64,000 nt of DNA, taken from assembly GCA_001819495.1 (NCBI GenBank), contig MHMW01000028.1:5398-69397 (forward strand). Reading direction: 5' to 3'. How positions within the stretch are numbered: the first letter of the stretch is position 1; each line of letters starts with the position of its first letter. This document shows, in pieces, positions 62,045-64,000 of this stretch. A program made the translations under genes and the position numbers. The DNA comes from Candidatus Portnoybacteria bacterium RBG_19FT_COMBO_36_7. Lineage in GTDB: Bacteria > Patescibacteriota > Minisyncoccia > Portnoybacterales > GWB1-42-6. Under the pieces are notes generated by a model. That model was not told the origin of the DNA and searched no databases. It saw nothing but the letters and a program-made list of their open reading frames with translations.

Positions 62045-63514
62045 TTATTCTCTGTCAATCAATTTTTTGCGTTTGAAATAGACTATGGCGATTCCCGAAA
62101 AACAGGAGAGACCAACAATGGCAGCCAGGGCCAGCAGGGGACTAAAATCCGAACTTTTTTCTGCGATTTGGGCGACAGCAGGGACATAAGAAACCGCCGC
62201 TTGGGTTTGGGAAAGAGGTTTTTCGTCAGGAGAGTCGGCTGGCGTAGCGTAATTATCTATTTTTTTGCTGCTAACCGCGATTTTTTCTTGGCTGACCGCT
62301 TCGGAAATTGCCGTGATTGTCTGAGGTGGGCTTTGCTGAACTGGAGACAAATCGTTTGTTAAGTCAGAATGTTTTGTCTGGGGCGGATCGGATGTCTTTT
62401 GTGTAATTTTTTTATTTTCTTGGCCTGGCGTGGGTTGGTTTGTCCAGAACCATGAGCCGTTCTCAAAGCGGCTGGATGAAAAATCAGGCTTTGCGTTTGT
62501 GTAAGAAATAGAATGAAGGAACTGGCCATCGGGCCAGACTAGCCTAATCTGGTCACCTCCGTTATTTAAAATATTTTTTCCCAGTTCAATCTTGAGAAAT
62601 TGACCCGGGTTTATCAGTGTGCCATCCGAGATTTTTTGCGGCGAACTTTCTTGGACCGCATCATCAATCTGCCAGCCGGAAAGATCTATTATTTGCTCGC
62701 TGAAGCTTAATAGTTCAACCCACTCATTTTCCGATGATGGCCAAGGCATAAACTCATTAATTAAAACCTTATCAGAGTAGTTGCTGTAGACGGGCGAAGC
62801 CGAAGAAGCAGTTTCGTCTGGCGGAGTTGCTGTGGTGATTTCATTTTGCTGTTGCGAAGTTTCTTGTTTGGCCGTATTAACAATCGTTCCGTTTGCCTGG
62901 CCAGGCGTCGGTGCGAGAAATATCTGCCAATCGTCGTTCAAGTTTCTATCCTGGCCGTCTTGTTTTAAGCCAAGAGACTGGCCTTCGGATGCAGCAGGCA
63001 GGAATTGCTCTCTTTGCCAAATAAGAGCAGAAGCAGCGGTTGGTTCCAGGGTCTGGCCGGCTTTGCCATATTCAAGATAGTCAACAATTGTGTCTTTATT
63101 GTGTTCTTTTGAGTTGAAAAGCGCGATGAACCCGGAAGTATTTCCGATATTGGCATCAATCGTTTCTGTTTTGGTAAAGATCTGATTGGCTGTATTTTGG
63201 CCGTCAGCCCGCCAGAGGATCAAAAGATGCGAATTTGGCACAAGCAAAAAAGGCGGAAAAGTGAAATATTTTCCGGAACCATTAATTTGCCATCCGTTAA
63301 GCTGGACTGCCTGACTGCCTGAATTATAGAGCTCGATCCATTCTTTGCCGGTATCGCCGCCCTCCGGGTCTGAAAAAATTTCGTTAATTACCACCTGCGC
63401 CCAAGAAAATTTCGGAATAAAAAAAACCGCAATAAAAGCGATTAATAAGAAATTAAGAAATTGAACAAATAACTTCCGGCTCTTTTTAGCGGCTATGATC
63501 ATTGACATAATCAT
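62045..63514 (-). CDS. Cell-surface protein with two lamin-tail-domain (LTD) repeats and a C-terminal TM anchor. The start is probably at MIMSM/MSM (63502-63514) rather than the ORF-track 63547.
   Basis: VVINEIFSDPEGGDTGKEWIELYNSG...LNGWQI and VLINEFMPWPSSENEWVELLSF...LSGWQI match LTD. The C-terminal LLALAAIVGLSCFSGIAIVYFKRKK is a TM anchor. Confidence 0.55.
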   Translation of the reverse strand: MIMSMIIAAKKSRKLFVQFLNFLLIAFIAVFFIPKFSWAQVVINEIFSDPEGGDTGKEWIELYNSGSQAVQLNGWQINGSGKYFTFPPFLLVPNSHLLILWRADGQNTANQIFTKTETIDANIGNTSGFIALFNSKEHNKDTIVDYLEYGKAGQTLEPTAASALIWQREQFLPAASEGQSLGLKQDGQDRNLNDDWQIFLAPTPGQANGTIVNTAKQETSQQQNEITTATPPDETASSASPVYSNYSDKVLINEFMPWPSSENEWVELLSFSEQIIDLSGWQIDDAVQESSPQKISDGTLINPGQFLKIELGKNILNNGGDQIRLVWPDGQFLHSISYTNAKPDFSSSRFENGSWFWTNQPTPGQENKKITQKTSDPPQTKHSDLTNDLSPVQQSPPQTITAISEAVSQEKIAVSSKKIDNYATPADSPDEKPLSQTQAAVSYVPAVAQIAEKSSDFSPLLALAAIVGLSCFSGIAIVYFKRKKLIDRE

Positions 63515-63992
63515 GATGAATTTGCGAAAGCGTGTTCTGCACCTCATAGGGCTTTGGGATGTCTTCTAGTATAAAAACATTATCTTCTTTTGGTTCCCTG
63601 ATCTTATCAAAAGTGCCAGCCGTTCTAATTTCCAGGCTTCCGTAGTTAACGAAAGTTTTTATAATTCCTTTGACGCTAACGGTTATGTCTTGGATTCTTG
63701 AAAACGAAAGCTCTGACACCTCCCGCCTGAACAACCCTTTCTGATAAGTACTGATAATCCTTTGATTGGTTATGATCCAATAATCAAGATAAATATTCAC
63801 CCAATTAATTGCCAGCCCTGCCCAGGCGAACAGCCACCAAAGGGAACAAAAAAGCCAGAAAAAAGGAGCAAAGAAAACGCTTTGAATATTTAAATAAGAA
63901 GCAGTGAGCCAAAGAACAAAAGGTATCAAAAATACAGGCAGAAACCAGATGAGCGAGAAAGTTAATACAAGCCAGTGGCGGCGCAGCGTCAT
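63486..63992 (-). CDS. Bacterial PH-domain (bPH_2/YdbS-like) membrane protein.
   Basis: Two N-terminal TM helices, then DYWIITNQRII...LSFSRIQDITV...GSLEIRTAG. Confidence 0.55.
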   Translation of the reverse strand: MTLRRHWLVLTFSLIWFLPVFLIPFVLWLTASYLNIQSVFFAPFFWLFCSLWWLFAWAGLAINWVNIYLDYWIITNQRIISTYQKGLFRREVSELSFSRIQDITVSVKGIIKTFVNYGSLEIRTAGTFDKIREPKEDNVFILEDIPKPYEVQNTLSQIHHDYVNDHSR

Positions 63993-64000
63993 TATAATTT

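Noticed and set aside
1-64000. CRISPR arrays, rRNA genes, integrase/transposase genes.
   Set aside because: I searched by eye for regularly spaced direct repeats and found only the short microsatellites described. I saw no rRNA-like conserved stretches, and no ORF with integrase (R..H..R..Y) or DDE transposase signatures.

Overview
The window looks like a low-GC, small-genome bacterium with weak or absent Shine-Dalgarno sites, many small hypothetical proteins and a Gram-positive-style type IV secretion module. That fits Patescibacteria/CPR, but this is my inference from sequence alone. It spans the chromosomal origin neighbourhood: rpmH-rnpA-yidD-yidC-jag on the minus strand, diverging from dnaA-dnaN-DUF721 on the plus strand, with AT-rich DnaA-box-bearing spacers between them. 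Housekeeping genes include tRNA-Leu(UAA), transketolase, HIT, Nif3-like, NUDIX, two tandem class IIb aminoacyl-tRNA synthetases (AspRS-like and AsnRS-like), ComM/YifB, a LysM-M23 peptidase, PcrA, RsmA, PBP1A, RuvC and YebC. There is also a cell-envelope cluster (two O-antigen-ligase-like proteins plus a MOP flippase) and a VirB4/VirB6/VirB3/pilin-like type IV secretion-like cluster carrying two inserted selfish ORFs (GxxExxY and four-helix-bundle). Three regions stand out as possibly novel. (1) A compact operon with a consensus sigma70 promoter, a 50-aa Lys-rich/Tyr-Gly-Asp-rich peptide with a strong RBS, an anSME-family radical SAM/SPASM enzyme and a transglutaminase-like cysteine protease. 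I read this as a candidate RiPP locus. (2) A cluster of aminoacyl-tRNA-synthetase paralogs (a class IIb catalytic-core-only protein and an AlaRS-catalytic-core-only protein) with a KamA-family lysine-2,3-aminomutase-like radical SAM protein, an S51 dipeptidase and a SAM methyltransferase. (3) Immediately downstream, a LuxI-type (autoinducer-synthase-fold) GNAT protein sandwiched between two paralogous HisKA_7TM membrane sensors, one a complete histidine kinase and one kinase-less, with no response regulator in the window. Several repeat families are also reported: conserved 'mini-gene' ends (MDFAFLIHSRD... and ...GRELKMVELKK), a promoter-bearing 70-bp direct repeat, an inverted-repeat leader shared by dnaA, AATTTCCAAT-type intergenic microsatellites with a GTCCCGC hairpin, a heptanucleotide array inside rsmA, and GC-rich palindromic in-frame insertions. 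Coordinates I derived by hand (tRNA, peptide, rpmH, repeats) may be off by a base or so. One sequence line, 18421-18480, disagreed by one base with the ORF-track protein; I trusted the ORF track there.
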